Of a stretch of 64,000 nt of DNA, positions 9,142 through 17,957 are shown piece after piece. Below the pieces are notes generated by a model that worked only from the letters and a program-made list of their open reading frames with translations, searched no databases and was not told where the DNA came from. Every line of letters starts with the position of its first letter. The first letter of the stretch is position 1. The position numbers were made by a program, and so were the translations under genes. This DNA comes from Candidatus Rokuibacteriota bacterium (GTDB lineage: Bacteria; Methylomirabilota; Methylomirabilia; Rokubacteriales; CSP1-6), in assembly GCA_003220225.1 (NCBI GenBank), contig QHRU01000049.1, forward strand, positions 21,430 through 85,429, written 5' to 3'.

Positions 9142-9953
9142 CGCGGCCCGTACGCGTGGACGCCTCCGGCGTCGCGCTGGAGCTGTCCGCGACGCCGCGA
9201 CGCATCGTCTCGCTGATCCCGAGCACGACCGAGCTGCTCTGCGCGCTGGGTCTCGCCGACGCCCTCGTCGGCGTCACCGTCTATTGCGTCGAGCCGCGGG
9301 ACGTCGTGCGCGGCAAGACGCGGGTGGGAGGCGAGAAGGACCCGGACCTCGCCGCCATCCGCGCGCTGGCGCCCGACCTCGTCGTCGCGAACGTCGAGGA
9401 GAACCGCCGCGAGGACGTCGCCGCGCTCCGCGCCGCCGGCATCGCGGTGTGGGTGACCTATCCGCGCACGGTGGCCGAGGGGTTGGCGATGATCCGCGAG
9501 CTCGGCGAGGTGACCGGCGCCCGCGCTCGCGCGCGGGCCCTCCTCGACACGCTGGAGCCGCTCTACGCGGCCGCGCGCGCACGCGCGGCCCGGCGCGCTG
9601 CCGTGAGCGTCTTCTATCCCATCTGGCGTCAGCCCTGGATGACGATCGGCGCCGACACCTACGTGCATGATCTCCTCGCCACGTGCGGCGGCGCCAACGT
9701 GTTCGCCGACCGCGGGCGCTATCCGACGATCACGCTCGACGACATGGCCGCGCGCGGCCCCGAGGTCATCCTCCTGCCGGACGAGCCGTTCCGCTTCCGG
9801 CGCGCGCACCTGCGCGACTTCGACGCGTACCCGGCCGTGCCCGCCGTGCGCGACGGGCGCGTCCATCTGGTGGACGGCAAACCCTTCTCCTGGCACGGCC
9901 CCCGGCTCGCCGAGGCCCTCACTAAGTTGCCGGATTTACTGGCCGGCGTGTGA
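9138..9953 (+). CDS. ABC transporter substrate-binding protein-like, helical-backbone metal receptor (BtuF/FecB type)
   Basis: Type III periplasmic-binding-protein topology motifs: RIVSL.PSTTELLCALG and DLVVAN. No obvious signal peptide and no adjacent permease or ATPase. Confidence 0.6.
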   Translation: MTRPVRVDASGVALELSATPRRIVSLIPSTTELLCALGLADALVGVTVYCVEPRDVVRGKTRVGGEKDPDLAAIRALAPDLVVANVEENRREDVAALRAAGIAVWVTYPRTVAEGLAMIRELGEVTGARARARALLDTLEPLYAAARARAARRAAVSVFYPIWRQPWMTIGADTYVHDLLATCGGANVFADRGRYPTITLDDMAARGPEVILLPDEPFRFRRAHLRDFDAYPAVPAVRDGRVHLVDGKPFSWHGPRLAEALTKLPDLLAGV

Positions 9954-10028
9954 TTGGCCTCGGCAGGGCGGGCCGGGCTATGCCAAGATCGCAAGACGGG
10001 CCGCGCGTGGCGGCGCCGGGAGGGCCGA

Positions 10029-11213
10029 ATGGCTGACACCTGTCCCCGTTGCGGCTTCGCGGAAGTCGCCAGCGACAAGTGCCCGAAGTGCGGTGTCGTC
10101 ATTGCCGTCTACCAGGCATCGCTCGACAAGATGCGTCGCGGGCCACAGGCGGGCGGCTCGCCGCTCGTGCGGTCGTCCACCCCCGCCAGCACGACACCCA
10201 CGCCGAGCGCCGCCCCGCGGCCGTCTCCGGAGACGCCGACGCCAGCGGCCGCGCGGCCGGCGCCGGCGACGACGGGGACGCGCCACGCGATCTTCCGCGG
10301 CTCGGGCTCCTCGCTCTTCGGCATCCACGTGATCAACGCGCTGCTGATCCTCGCCACCCTCGGCGTCTACTTCTTCTGGGCGAAGGTGCGCGTGCGCAAC
10401 TACCTCTGGAGCGAGAGCGAGTTCGAGGGCGATCGCTTCGCCTACCACGGCACCGGGCGCGAGCTGATCATCGGGTTCGCCAAGGCCGTCGCGTTCTTCT
10501 TCCTGCCCATCACCCTGCTGAACACGGCGCCCGAGCTCCTGAAGGCGTCGCCGATCGTCGTCGTGGCCGCGCGCATGACCGTCTCGATCCTCGCCGCCGT
10601 CTTCATCCCCATCGCGATCGTCGGGGCACGCCGCTACCGCCTCAGCCGCACGTCGTGGCGTGGCATCCGCTTCTCGCTGCGCGCCTCCACGCGCCAGTTC
10701 GTGGGGATCTGGATCCGCGGCTGGATGCTGACCTCGCTCACGTTCGGGCTGTACTACCCGTCCTTCGTCACCAGTCAGCAGCGGTTCCTGACCAGCAACA
10801 CGTGGTTCGGCTCCCAGCGCTTCGCCTTCGACGGGCGCGGGCGCGATCTCATGGGGGTGTGGCTGGGGACGATCGTGCTGTTCCTGCCCACGCTGGGACT
10901 CTCGTGGTTCTGGTTCGCCGCGAAGCGCCAGCGCTATTACGCCGAGCACACGCGCTTCACCGGCGCGCGCTTCCGCTCGACGGTGACGGCGCCGAAGCTC
11001 GCCTGGCTGACGATCTCGACGTGGGTGGGCCTGCTCCTCACCGCCGGCCTCGCGTGGCCGTGGCTCACGGTGCGCAAGACGCGGCGCGGCTTCGCGTGGC
11101 TCTCGCTCGAGGGGCCGCTGGCGCTCGACACCATCACGCAGCAGGCGCAGCAGGTGAGCGCGACCGGCGAAGGCCTCGCCGGCTTCTTCGACGCGGACTT
11201 CGGCCTCATCTGA
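10029..11213 (+). CDS. DUF898 (YjgN) family membrane protein with N-terminal zinc-ribbon
   Basis: MADTCPRCGF...CPKCG zinc ribbon. Pro/Thr/Ala-rich linker. Multiple TM helices with DUF898-like repeated W/R-rich loops. Confidence 0.7.
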   Translation: MADTCPRCGFAEVASDKCPKCGVVIAVYQASLDKMRRGPQAGGSPLVRSSTPASTTPTPSAAPRPSPETPTPAAARPAPATTGTRHAIFRGSGSSLFGIHVINALLILATLGVYFFWAKVRVRNYLWSESEFEGDRFAYHGTGRELIIGFAKAVAFFFLPITLLNTAPELLKASPIVVVAARMTVSILAAVFIPIAIVGARRYRLSRTSWRGIRFSLRASTRQFVGIWIRGWMLTSLTFGLYYPSFVTSQQRFLTSNTWFGSQRFAFDGRGRDLMGVWLGTIVLFLPTLGLSWFWFAAKRQRYYAEHTRFTGARFRSTVTAPKLAWLTISTWVGLLLTAGLAWPWLTVRKTRRGFAWLSLEGPLALDTITQQAQQVSATGEGLAGFFDADFGLI

Positions 11214-11220
11214 CGTATGG

Positions 11221-11360
11221 CCATGTGGGGTATCGAGGGGTGCCAGGGCTTCGCCGGGGCGCCCGGAGCGCCTTGGGGGTATAGAGGGGCGCCCCGGGTT
11301 CCCCGGGGAGCCCCGAACGTGTGGGGATGTGGGGGCCATTTCGAGGCCCCCACCTCCAAT
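11221..11360. repeat. GC-rich REP/MITE-like intergenic repeat, copy A (two imperfect palindromic units plus a GGGGGCC-loop-GGCCCCC hairpin at 11331-11351)
   Basis: Direct sequence match to copy B (42785-42872) and, in reverse orientation, copy C (56204-56412). Confidence 0.8.
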
Positions 11361-12493
11361 TGACGTTGCGGCTCGACTGGGAGGCCGCGTACCTCGACGG
11401 CCGGACGGCGGCGCGCCGCCGCGCCACCGTCCACATCACGCGCACGGGGCTCGACATCACGCTGCCCGAGAGCGGCGCGCGGCTGTTCTGGCCCTTCCGC
11501 GAGATCCGCCAGACGCAGGGCACCCACGCCGGCGAGCAGGTGCGGCTCGAGCGCGGCGGCGAGCTGTCGGAAGCGCTGCTGATCGGCGACGTCGGCTTCC
11601 TGTCCGCGGCGCGCGCGGCTGCGCCCGAGGCGGCGCACTTCCACGAGCCCGGCCGCCGCCGTCTCCGCGTGGGGCTCACCTTCGCCGCGCTGGTGGCCGC
11701 CATCGCGCTGGCCGTCGGCATCTACTACGTCGGCATTCCGGCCGTCGCCGCGGTGGCCGCCGCGCGCGTGCCGGTGTCGTGGGAGGAGAAGCTCGGGGGG
11801 GCGATCGTCGACCACTTCGCGCCGCCGTCCGGGCGCTGCGAGGATCCCGTGCGGCAGGCGAAAATCGACGGCATCGTCGCGGCGCTGACGGCGAAGGCGC
11901 GGCCACAGCCCTACACGTTCCGGATCACGGTCGTCAACAGCAGCGTCGTCAACGCGGTGGCCGCGCCGGGTGGCCAGCTCATCCTGTTCCGCGGCCTGCT
12001 GGAGCGCACCGACAGCGCCGAGGAGCTGGCGGGCGTGCTCGCCCACGAGGTGGAGCACGTCCTGCATCGCCACGTGACGCGCGCCATCTTCCAGCAGGCC
12101 TCCACGGGCGTGCTCATGGCCGCGCTCGTCGGCGACGTTTCGAGCGTCGTCGCCTACGGGCTCGAGGGCGCGCGCACGCTCGGCGATCTCCAGATGAGCC
12201 GTGCCGCGGAGGCGGAGGCGGACCGCGAGGGGATGCGGCTGCTCCAGGAGGCCGGGATCGATCCTCAGGGGATGATCACGTTCTTCGAGAAGCTGTCGCG
12301 CCGCGAGGGCGGGCGCGGGGGCGATCCCGTGACGCGTTATCTCAGAACGCACCCCACGACAACGGAGCGGATCGCCACGCTGCGCGCGCTGGCCGCGGCG
12401 GCGCCGAAGCCGGAGCGCCGGCTCCTGCCCGACGACGACTGGAACGACGTCAAGAGCCTGTGCGGGGAGCTGCCGGCGCCGTCGCCGCGGTGA
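11321..12493 (+). CDS. M48 family metallopeptidase
   Basis: HEVEHVLHRH HExxH zinc motif. One TM helix. Annotated start lies inside the REP-like repeat, so the true start may be downstream (TTG at about 11360 or later). Confidence 0.72.
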   Translation: MGMWGPFRGPHLQLTLRLDWEAAYLDGRTAARRRATVHITRTGLDITLPESGARLFWPFREIRQTQGTHAGEQVRLERGGELSEALLIGDVGFLSAARAAAPEAAHFHEPGRRRLRVGLTFAALVAAIALAVGIYYVGIPAVAAVAAARVPVSWEEKLGGAIVDHFAPPSGRCEDPVRQAKIDGIVAALTAKARPQPYTFRITVVNSSVVNAVAAPGGQLILFRGLLERTDSAEELAGVLAHEVEHVLHRHVTRAIFQQASTGVLMAALVGDVSSVVAYGLEGARTLGDLQMSRAAEAEADREGMRLLQEAGIDPQGMITFFEKLSRREGGRGGDPVTRYLRTHPTTTERIATLRALAAAAPKPERRLLPDDDWNDVKSLCGELPAPSPR

Positions 12494-14816
12494 TGAGCCC
12501 GCGCACGCGCCACGGCAGGGCGGGCGTCTCGGTCAGCCGCACCGCGAGCGGGGAGAGCGCGTCGTCGATCGCGTTCGCGATCGCCGCCGGCGGCGAGATC
12601 GCGCCGCCCTCGCCGAGCCCCTTCATGCCGAGCGGGTTGCGCGGCGAGGGGAACTCGAGGTGGACGGTCTCGATCGCGGGCAGGTCGCTCGCGACGGGCA
12701 CCGCGTAGTCCATCAGGCTGCCCGCCAGGAGCTGTCCCTCGGCGTCGTAGGCCATGTCCTCGAAGAGCGCGCCGCCCACGCCCTGCGCGACGCCGCCGTG
12801 CACCTGGCCGTCGACGATGATCGGGTTGATGACCTTCCCGCAGTCGTGCGCGACGACGTAGCGCACGAGCTTCACCGCGCCCGTGTCGCGATCGACGTCC
12901 ACGATCGCGACGTGCACCGCGCTCGCGAAGGTCACCGTCGGCACGTGGTGGTACGCCGTCGCGTCGAAGTCCGGGGTGACGACGCCGGGCCTGGCGAAGG
13001 TCGGGAGGGCCGCCTGCACGACGCGCGCGAAGTCGACGGCGGAGGCCGGCGCGCCGCGGACGAACACGCGGCCGTCCTCGATCTCGAGGTCCTGCGGCGC
13101 CGCCTCCAGCAGCGCGCCCGCCGCCGCCAGCACCTTCGCGCGCACCCGCCGGGCGGCGTCGACGATCGAGTTGCCGGCGGTGACGCCGCTGCGGCTCGCG
13201 AACGTGCCGACGCCGAAGGGCACCCCGGCCGTGTCGCCGCCGGTCACGGTCACCCAGTCGAGCGGCACGCCGAGCGCGTCGGCGGCGACCTGGGCGAACG
13301 ACGTCTCGTGGCCCTGGCCCGAGCACACGGCGCCCGTGGCCACCCGCACGCGGCCGGCGGCGTCGAGGGTGACGCGCGCGCCCTCGAAGGGGCCGATGGC
13401 GGTACCCTCGACGTAGCCGGAGATGCCGATGCCGCGCCAGACCCCGCGCGCGCGCAACGACTCCTGCTCCTTGCGGACGCGGTCGTACTCCGCGGCGGTC
13501 AGCGCGGACTCGAGCGCGGCCGGGAAATCGCCGCTGTCGTACACGAGCGGGTTGCCGTCGCGGTACGGCATCCCGAAGTCGAACGGCAGCTCCTCGGGGC
13601 GGATGTAGTTCTTCCGGCGCACGTCGGCGGGATCCAGCCCGAGCCGGCGCGCCAGACAGTCGACGGCGCGGTCCATCGCGAACACGGTCTCGGGCCGGCC
13701 GGCGCCTCGATAAGGAGCGTTCGGCGTCTTGTTCGTCACGACGGCTCTGACGTCGACTTTCATGTCGCGTATTCGATAGGGCCCGATCAGATGAGCCACG
13801 GTGTTGTAGGGCAGGACGACGCCCCAGACGTTGTAGGCGCCGAGGTCGAGCCAGATGCGGTCGGCGAGGCCGACGATGGTGCCGTCGCGCCGCGCGCCCA
13901 GCCGGATCGTGTGGGTCTGGTGCCGCGCGTGCGCCGCGCCCATCATGTGCTCGCGCCGGTCCTCGATCCACTTGACGGGCCGGCCGAGCGCGCGCGCGGC
14001 GATGGGGATCAGCGCGTCCTCCGGGTAGCCGGACGCCTTGGTGCCGAAGCCGCCGCCGAGGTCGGGCGCGATCACGCGGATGCGGTGGGGCAGCAGCTCC
14101 AGCGCGGTCACCAGCCCCTGCTGGACGAAGTGCGAGACCTGCGTGCTGTTCCACGTCGTGAGCGTCCCGTCGCGCCGGTCCCACGCGGCCACCACGCCCC
14201 GGCCCTCGAGCGGCATGCCGACGTAGCGCTGGATGCGGAACGTCTCCTCGAGCACGACGTCGGCCCCCGCGAGCGCGCGCCCGGCGTCGCCGATGGCGTG
14301 GCTGAAGCCGACGGCGACGTTGGTGCCCCAGTCGGGGTGCACCAGCGGCGCGCCGGCCTCGCCGGCGGTGAGCATGTCCACCGCGGGCGGCAGCGGTGCC
14401 CACTGCACCTCGATCGCCTCGACGGCGTCCTCGGCGCGGCCGCGGTCGTCGGCCACCACCATCGCCACGATCTCGCCGACGTGGCGCACGCGCTGCGTGG
14501 CGAGCGCGTACTGCGGGGCCTGGCGGATGTCGAACTTCACGGCGGCGGCGAGGCCGGGCGGCGGGGCGCCGAAGAGCGGCAGCGGCTTCATCCAGCGCGC
14601 GAGGTCGGCGTGGGTGAAGACGGCGACGACGCCGGGCATCTTCTTCGCGCGCTCGGTCCGAATCGCGACGATGCGCGCGTGCGCGTGGGGCGAGCGGAGG
14701 AAGGCGGCCTGCAGGAGGCCCGGCAGCGTCACGTCGTCCACGAAGCGGCCCTCGCCACGGAGGAAGCGCGGATCCTCCCGGCGAAGGACGGCGGCGCCGA
14801 AATACTTGGCGCCCAT
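12450..14816 (-). CDS. xanthine dehydrogenase family molybdopterin-binding large subunit, form II CoxL-like (AYRGAGR active-site loop)
   Basis: 788 aa. RREDPRFLRGEG N-terminus. Motifs GGGFG and PYRGAGRPE. MoCo-binding C-terminal GEGG motif. No adjacent FAD or FeS subunit genes. Confidence 0.85.
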   Translation of the reverse strand: MGAKYFGAAVLRREDPRFLRGEGRFVDDVTLPGLLQAAFLRSPHAHARIVAIRTERAKKMPGVVAVFTHADLARWMKPLPLFGAPPPGLAAAVKFDIRQAPQYALATQRVRHVGEIVAMVVADDRGRAEDAVEAIEVQWAPLPPAVDMLTAGEAGAPLVHPDWGTNVAVGFSHAIGDAGRALAGADVVLEETFRIQRYVGMPLEGRGVVAAWDRRDGTLTTWNSTQVSHFVQQGLVTALELLPHRIRVIAPDLGGGFGTKASGYPEDALIPIAARALGRPVKWIEDRREHMMGAAHARHQTHTIRLGARRDGTIVGLADRIWLDLGAYNVWGVVLPYNTVAHLIGPYRIRDMKVDVRAVVTNKTPNAPYRGAGRPETVFAMDRAVDCLARRLGLDPADVRRKNYIRPEELPFDFGMPYRDGNPLVYDSGDFPAALESALTAAEYDRVRKEQESLRARGVWRGIGISGYVEGTAIGPFEGARVTLDAAGRVRVATGAVCSGQGHETSFAQVAADALGVPLDWVTVTGGDTAGVPFGVGTFASRSGVTAGNSIVDAARRVRAKVLAAAGALLEAAPQDLEIEDGRVFVRGAPASAVDFARVVQAALPTFARPGVVTPDFDATAYHHVPTVTFASAVHVAIVDVDRDTGAVKLVRYVVAHDCGKVINPIIVDGQVHGGVAQGVGGALFEDMAYDAEGQLLAGSLMDYAVPVASDLPAIETVHLEFPSPRNPLGMKGLGEGGAISPPAAIANAIDDALSPLAVRLTETPALPWRVRGLITAATAPAAPRTGS

Positions 14817-14836
14817 CTAGGCGGACGGGGGCGCGC

Positions 14837-14991
14837 TCAGGCGCGGCTGTCGCGGATGGGAATGATCCAGTCGAGCCACGGCGCGACGGCGGCGATGAAC
14901 AGGCCGGGCAGCGCGACGCCGCTGATGAGGCCGAGGATGCCGAGGAACGTCAGCGAGATCACGGTGACGGCGAGGTCGAGCAGCACGGTCA
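14837..14991 (-). CDS. small hydrophobic peptide (about 51 aa, 2 TM), not in ORF track
   Basis: Hand translation MTVLLDLAVTVISLTFLGILGLISGVALPGLFIAAVAPWLDWIIPIRDSRA. Sits exactly between the RidA stop and the CoxL-like start. Confidence 0.35.
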
Positions 14992-14992
14992 T

Positions 14993-15460
14993 CTACTCGA
15001 CCTCCACGATCATCTCGATCTCGACCGGAATCTGCATCGGCAGCGAGCCCATGCCCACCGCCGAGCGCGCGTGCTTGCCGATCTGCTCGCCGAACACCTC
15101 GACCATGAGGTCGGAGAAGCCGTTCATGACCTTGGGCTGCTCGCCGAAGTCCTCGGTGGCGTTCACCATGCCGAGCACCTTCACGATGCGCTTGACCTTG
15201 TCGAGGCTGCCGAGCTGCGTTCGCACCGTCGCGAGGAGGTTCAGCCCGACGTCGCGCGCGACCTGCGCGCCCTGCTCGGTCGAAAGGTCCTTGCCGACCT
15301 TGCCGCGCGCCGTCATCTTGCCGTCCGCGGTGCGCGTCGGCCCGTGGCCCGACACGAACAGGAGATTGCCGACGCGCACGGCCCCGACGTAGTTCGCGAG
15401 TGGCGTCGGCGGCGTGGGGAGCGTGATGTTCTTGGCCTTGAGATTGGCTTCTGCGCCCAT
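14993..15460 (-). CDS. RidA family protein (YjgF/TdcF reactive-intermediate deaminase)
   Basis: 155 aa with conserved RidA fold motifs (VGMGSLP, FVSG). Confidence 0.78.
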   Translation of the reverse strand: MGAEANLKAKNITLPTPPTPLANYVGAVRVGNLLFVSGHGPTRTADGKMTARGKVGKDLSTEQGAQVARDVGLNLLATVRTQLGSLDKVKRIVKVLGMVNATEDFGEQPKVMNGFSDLMVEVFGEQIGKHARSAVGMGSLPMQIPVEIEMIVEVE

Positions 15461-15504
15461 GGAGAGCGAGCCTCCTTCGCGGGAACTGACAACCGCGCGT
15501 CATC

Positions 15505-16314
15505 GTGTCACACTACGCCGTGCCCGTCAAACCTCCCGCGGTGATCCCGGTGCCCGCCGCGACGCTCGTGCTGCTCCGCGACCGCCCCGCCGGCGGCTTC
15601 GACATCCTGCTGATGCAGCGACACGCGAAAAGCAAGTTCGCCGCCGGCGACTTCGTGTTTCCCGGCGGCAAGCTCACGCGCGAGGACAATCCACCCGACG
15701 CGCTCCGCTGGTGCACCGGTCTCGATCCCGCGGCCGCGGCGAAGACGCTCGGGCTCGAGGACACCGAGCTGGCGCTCGCGCACTGCATCGGCGTCATCCG
15801 CGAGACGTTCGAGGAGGTCGGTGTGCTCCTCGCCACGTCCGCCGACGGCGGTCCGGTCCGCGTGGCGCCGTCGACGCTGACCGCGTGTCGGCGAGCCTGC
15901 CAGGCGGACAACCGCGCGTTCTGGGAGCTGGTGAAGCGGGAGGACCTCCGGCTCGCCACCGACCGGCTGGTCTACTTCGCCCACTGGATCACGCCCGAGG
16001 GCAATCCGCTGCGCTTCGACACGCGCTTCTTCGCCGCGCCGATGCCGCCGGACCAGACGCCGACGGGCGACGACAAGGAGGTCACCGACCTGCGCTGGCT
16101 CGCGCCGGCCGAGGCGCTCGAGACGCAGAAGCGCGGCCAGATCTCGCTGCGCAACCCGACGATCCGGAACCTGATGCTCTTCACCGACGCGACGTCCACG
16201 GCCGACGCGCTGGCGCGGCTACGTGGTCGCACGGTGACGACGATCGCGCCGCGCATTCTCATGCAGCCGGATGGCACTCGGCGCATCCTGATGCCCGGGG
16301 ATCCGGAGTACTAG
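15505..16314 (+). CDS. NUDIX hydrolase
   Basis: Nudix box GGKLTREDNPPDALRWCTGLDPAAAAKTL...REtfEEvG (REx2EE). 269 aa. Confidence 0.72.
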   Translation: MSHYAVPVKPPAVIPVPAATLVLLRDRPAGGFDILLMQRHAKSKFAAGDFVFPGGKLTREDNPPDALRWCTGLDPAAAAKTLGLEDTELALAHCIGVIRETFEEVGVLLATSADGGPVRVAPSTLTACRRACQADNRAFWELVKREDLRLATDRLVYFAHWITPEGNPLRFDTRFFAAPMPPDQTPTGDDKEVTDLRWLAPAEALETQKRGQISLRNPTIRNLMLFTDATSTADALARLRGRTVTTIAPRILMQPDGTRRILMPGDPEY

Positions 16315-16326
16315 CGGCCGAGATGC

Positions 16327-17724
16327 CTATGTCGCTGGTGCGTCCCTGAGAGAGGCGACCAGTGGATGCAGGACGTCGATCGCGTAACCGAGGTCGAGGC
16401 ACTCTCCGAACCAGGCGGGCCTTGAGGTCTGCGCGTCGATGTGAAGTCCTCGTGCGTAGTTCTGCGCTCGCAGCGTCTCGACGGGGTCGGTTGGCACCGT
16501 AGCCGGCGGCGGGACTTGCGAGAGTAGCTGTCCATCCGGCCGTCGGAATCTCAGCTCTCCATCGGGCTGCCGCTCCACCTGATAGCCCTCCTCGTGGACC
16601 GCGCGGTGGTGGCGGCGACAGAGCATCGCGAGATTCGACAGCGTCGTCGGACCACCGTTGGCCCAGTGCCGGATGTGATGACCCTGACCGAACGGCAGTC
16701 GGCAGCCGGGGAAGCGGCAACCTCTGTCTCGATGCTGGAGCGCCCGGCGCAGTGCCGGCGGAATAGTCCGCGTCCGCGCACCGACGTCCGTAACTCGGCC
16801 AGCTGGGTCGTGTCGCATGACGACGCGGCTCGCATCGCACGCCAGGCGCTGAGACGTTTCTGCAGAAACGCGCGTGCCGGCTTCGAGGACCGACTGACCT
16901 GGCGCGTCCGCGTCGGCGAGCACCTGGGCATCGACGTGGACGACCACCTGGTAGCGCTCCCCCGGCGCACCCGGATCAATGCCGTGGTGGAGCGCCGTCT
17001 CTACGATGAGGGCCAGGGCATCGGCCTGCTGCTGGCCCAGCGTCGGCGGGTCGTCGGCGATGATCAGCCCCGTGCGCGGCAGTCCGTCGGGTGGCGTTTC
17101 CGCGGGAACGTCGCGTCGGCGCTGATCCAGCGCTTCCCGGCCTGCCTCCAGCGCCTTCATGAGGACGGCCCCCGCCTCCGGTTCCAGACGCCCGCGGATG
17201 ACGACCATACCGTCTTCGTCTTGACACACGTGAAGTGTGCGGCTCCGGTGGCGGCGAGTGCTCTCCCGCGCTTCGACGATACGATCGACCCGGCGCCAGC
17301 CCCGGACGATGCGCTCGACGTGTTCGGCGGTGCCCGCCCGGCCGACCTCGAGCAGCCGCTCCTCGGTCTCGGGTGTCGCGACCCGGGTCAGCGCGCGGAC
17401 CTTCGAGTAGGACAGCTCGCCATGCGCGAGCGCCTGGGCGAGCCGCGGCAACGAGCCGAGAGCCCGCGCCACGCGCACCCGTTCGCGCGCCGCGCCGGGG
17501 TCGAGCCCGATGCGCCACGTGAGCCACGCAGCGCACGAGGCGAAGCCGTTGCCCCAGCCGCCGCGGGCGTCGAACTCGCGGATGAGATCGAGCAGGCGCG
17601 CGGTGGCGGCGTCGAGGTGGGCGGAGAGCTTGGCGATCTCGTCGCCGAGCCGCTCGAGCTCCACGAGGTGCGCAGGGGTCGGGACGACCTTGCGAGTGCT
17701 GAGGTTCATCGGCGCGTCCTCCAT
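16327..17724 (-). CDS. HNH endonuclease with DUF222 N-terminal domain (13E12-repeat-type protein)
   Basis: C-terminal HNH: CRFPGCR...HHIRHWANGGPTTLSNLAMLCRRHHRAVHE. N-terminal DUF222-like region. Confidence 0.8.
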   Translation of the reverse strand: MEDAPMNLSTRKVVPTPAHLVELERLGDEIAKLSAHLDAATARLLDLIREFDARGGWGNGFASCAAWLTWRIGLDPGAARERVRVARALGSLPRLAQALAHGELSYSKVRALTRVATPETEERLLEVGRAGTAEHVERIVRGWRRVDRIVEARESTRRHRSRTLHVCQDEDGMVVIRGRLEPEAGAVLMKALEAGREALDQRRRDVPAETPPDGLPRTGLIIADDPPTLGQQQADALALIVETALHHGIDPGAPGERYQVVVHVDAQVLADADAPGQSVLEAGTRVSAETSQRLACDASRVVMRHDPAGRVTDVGARTRTIPPALRRALQHRDRGCRFPGCRLPFGQGHHIRHWANGGPTTLSNLAMLCRRHHRAVHEEGYQVERQPDGELRFRRPDGQLLSQVPPPATVPTDPVETLRAQNYARGLHIDAQTSRPAWFGECLDLGYAIDVLHPLVASLRDAPAT

Positions 17725-17957
17725 GGCTCTGCGCCGACCTTACACCCCGCTTTTCGGCCGTCTCCGACGCCGCCAGGACGCACGATCCGCGACGATCCCG
17801 ATTGTTTCGACGAACCCTTGTCCGCGCGCATCCCCGCGTCCCCACCGGCCGCTGGTGCGGGATCCGCGATCGATTGCTGACGCGCCGCAGGCGCCCGGGT
17901 TGAACGTTGTCAAGAGTGGAAAATTGGATACACGTGCGGCGTGCTACCCTCGCGCCC

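Noticed and set aside
11321-11360. ATG/GTG starts for the M48 peptidase inside the repeat element
   Set aside because: These candidate starts lie within the REP-like hairpin region and are probably fortuitous. Kept only as the outer bound of the CDS, with a note.
17725-17957. Possible sigma70 promoter (TTGAAC / TTGTCA ... TGGATACAC) in the HNH-DinB divergent intergenic region
   Set aside because: The spacing and the -10 match are weak. I cannot support a specific promoter call from sequence alone.
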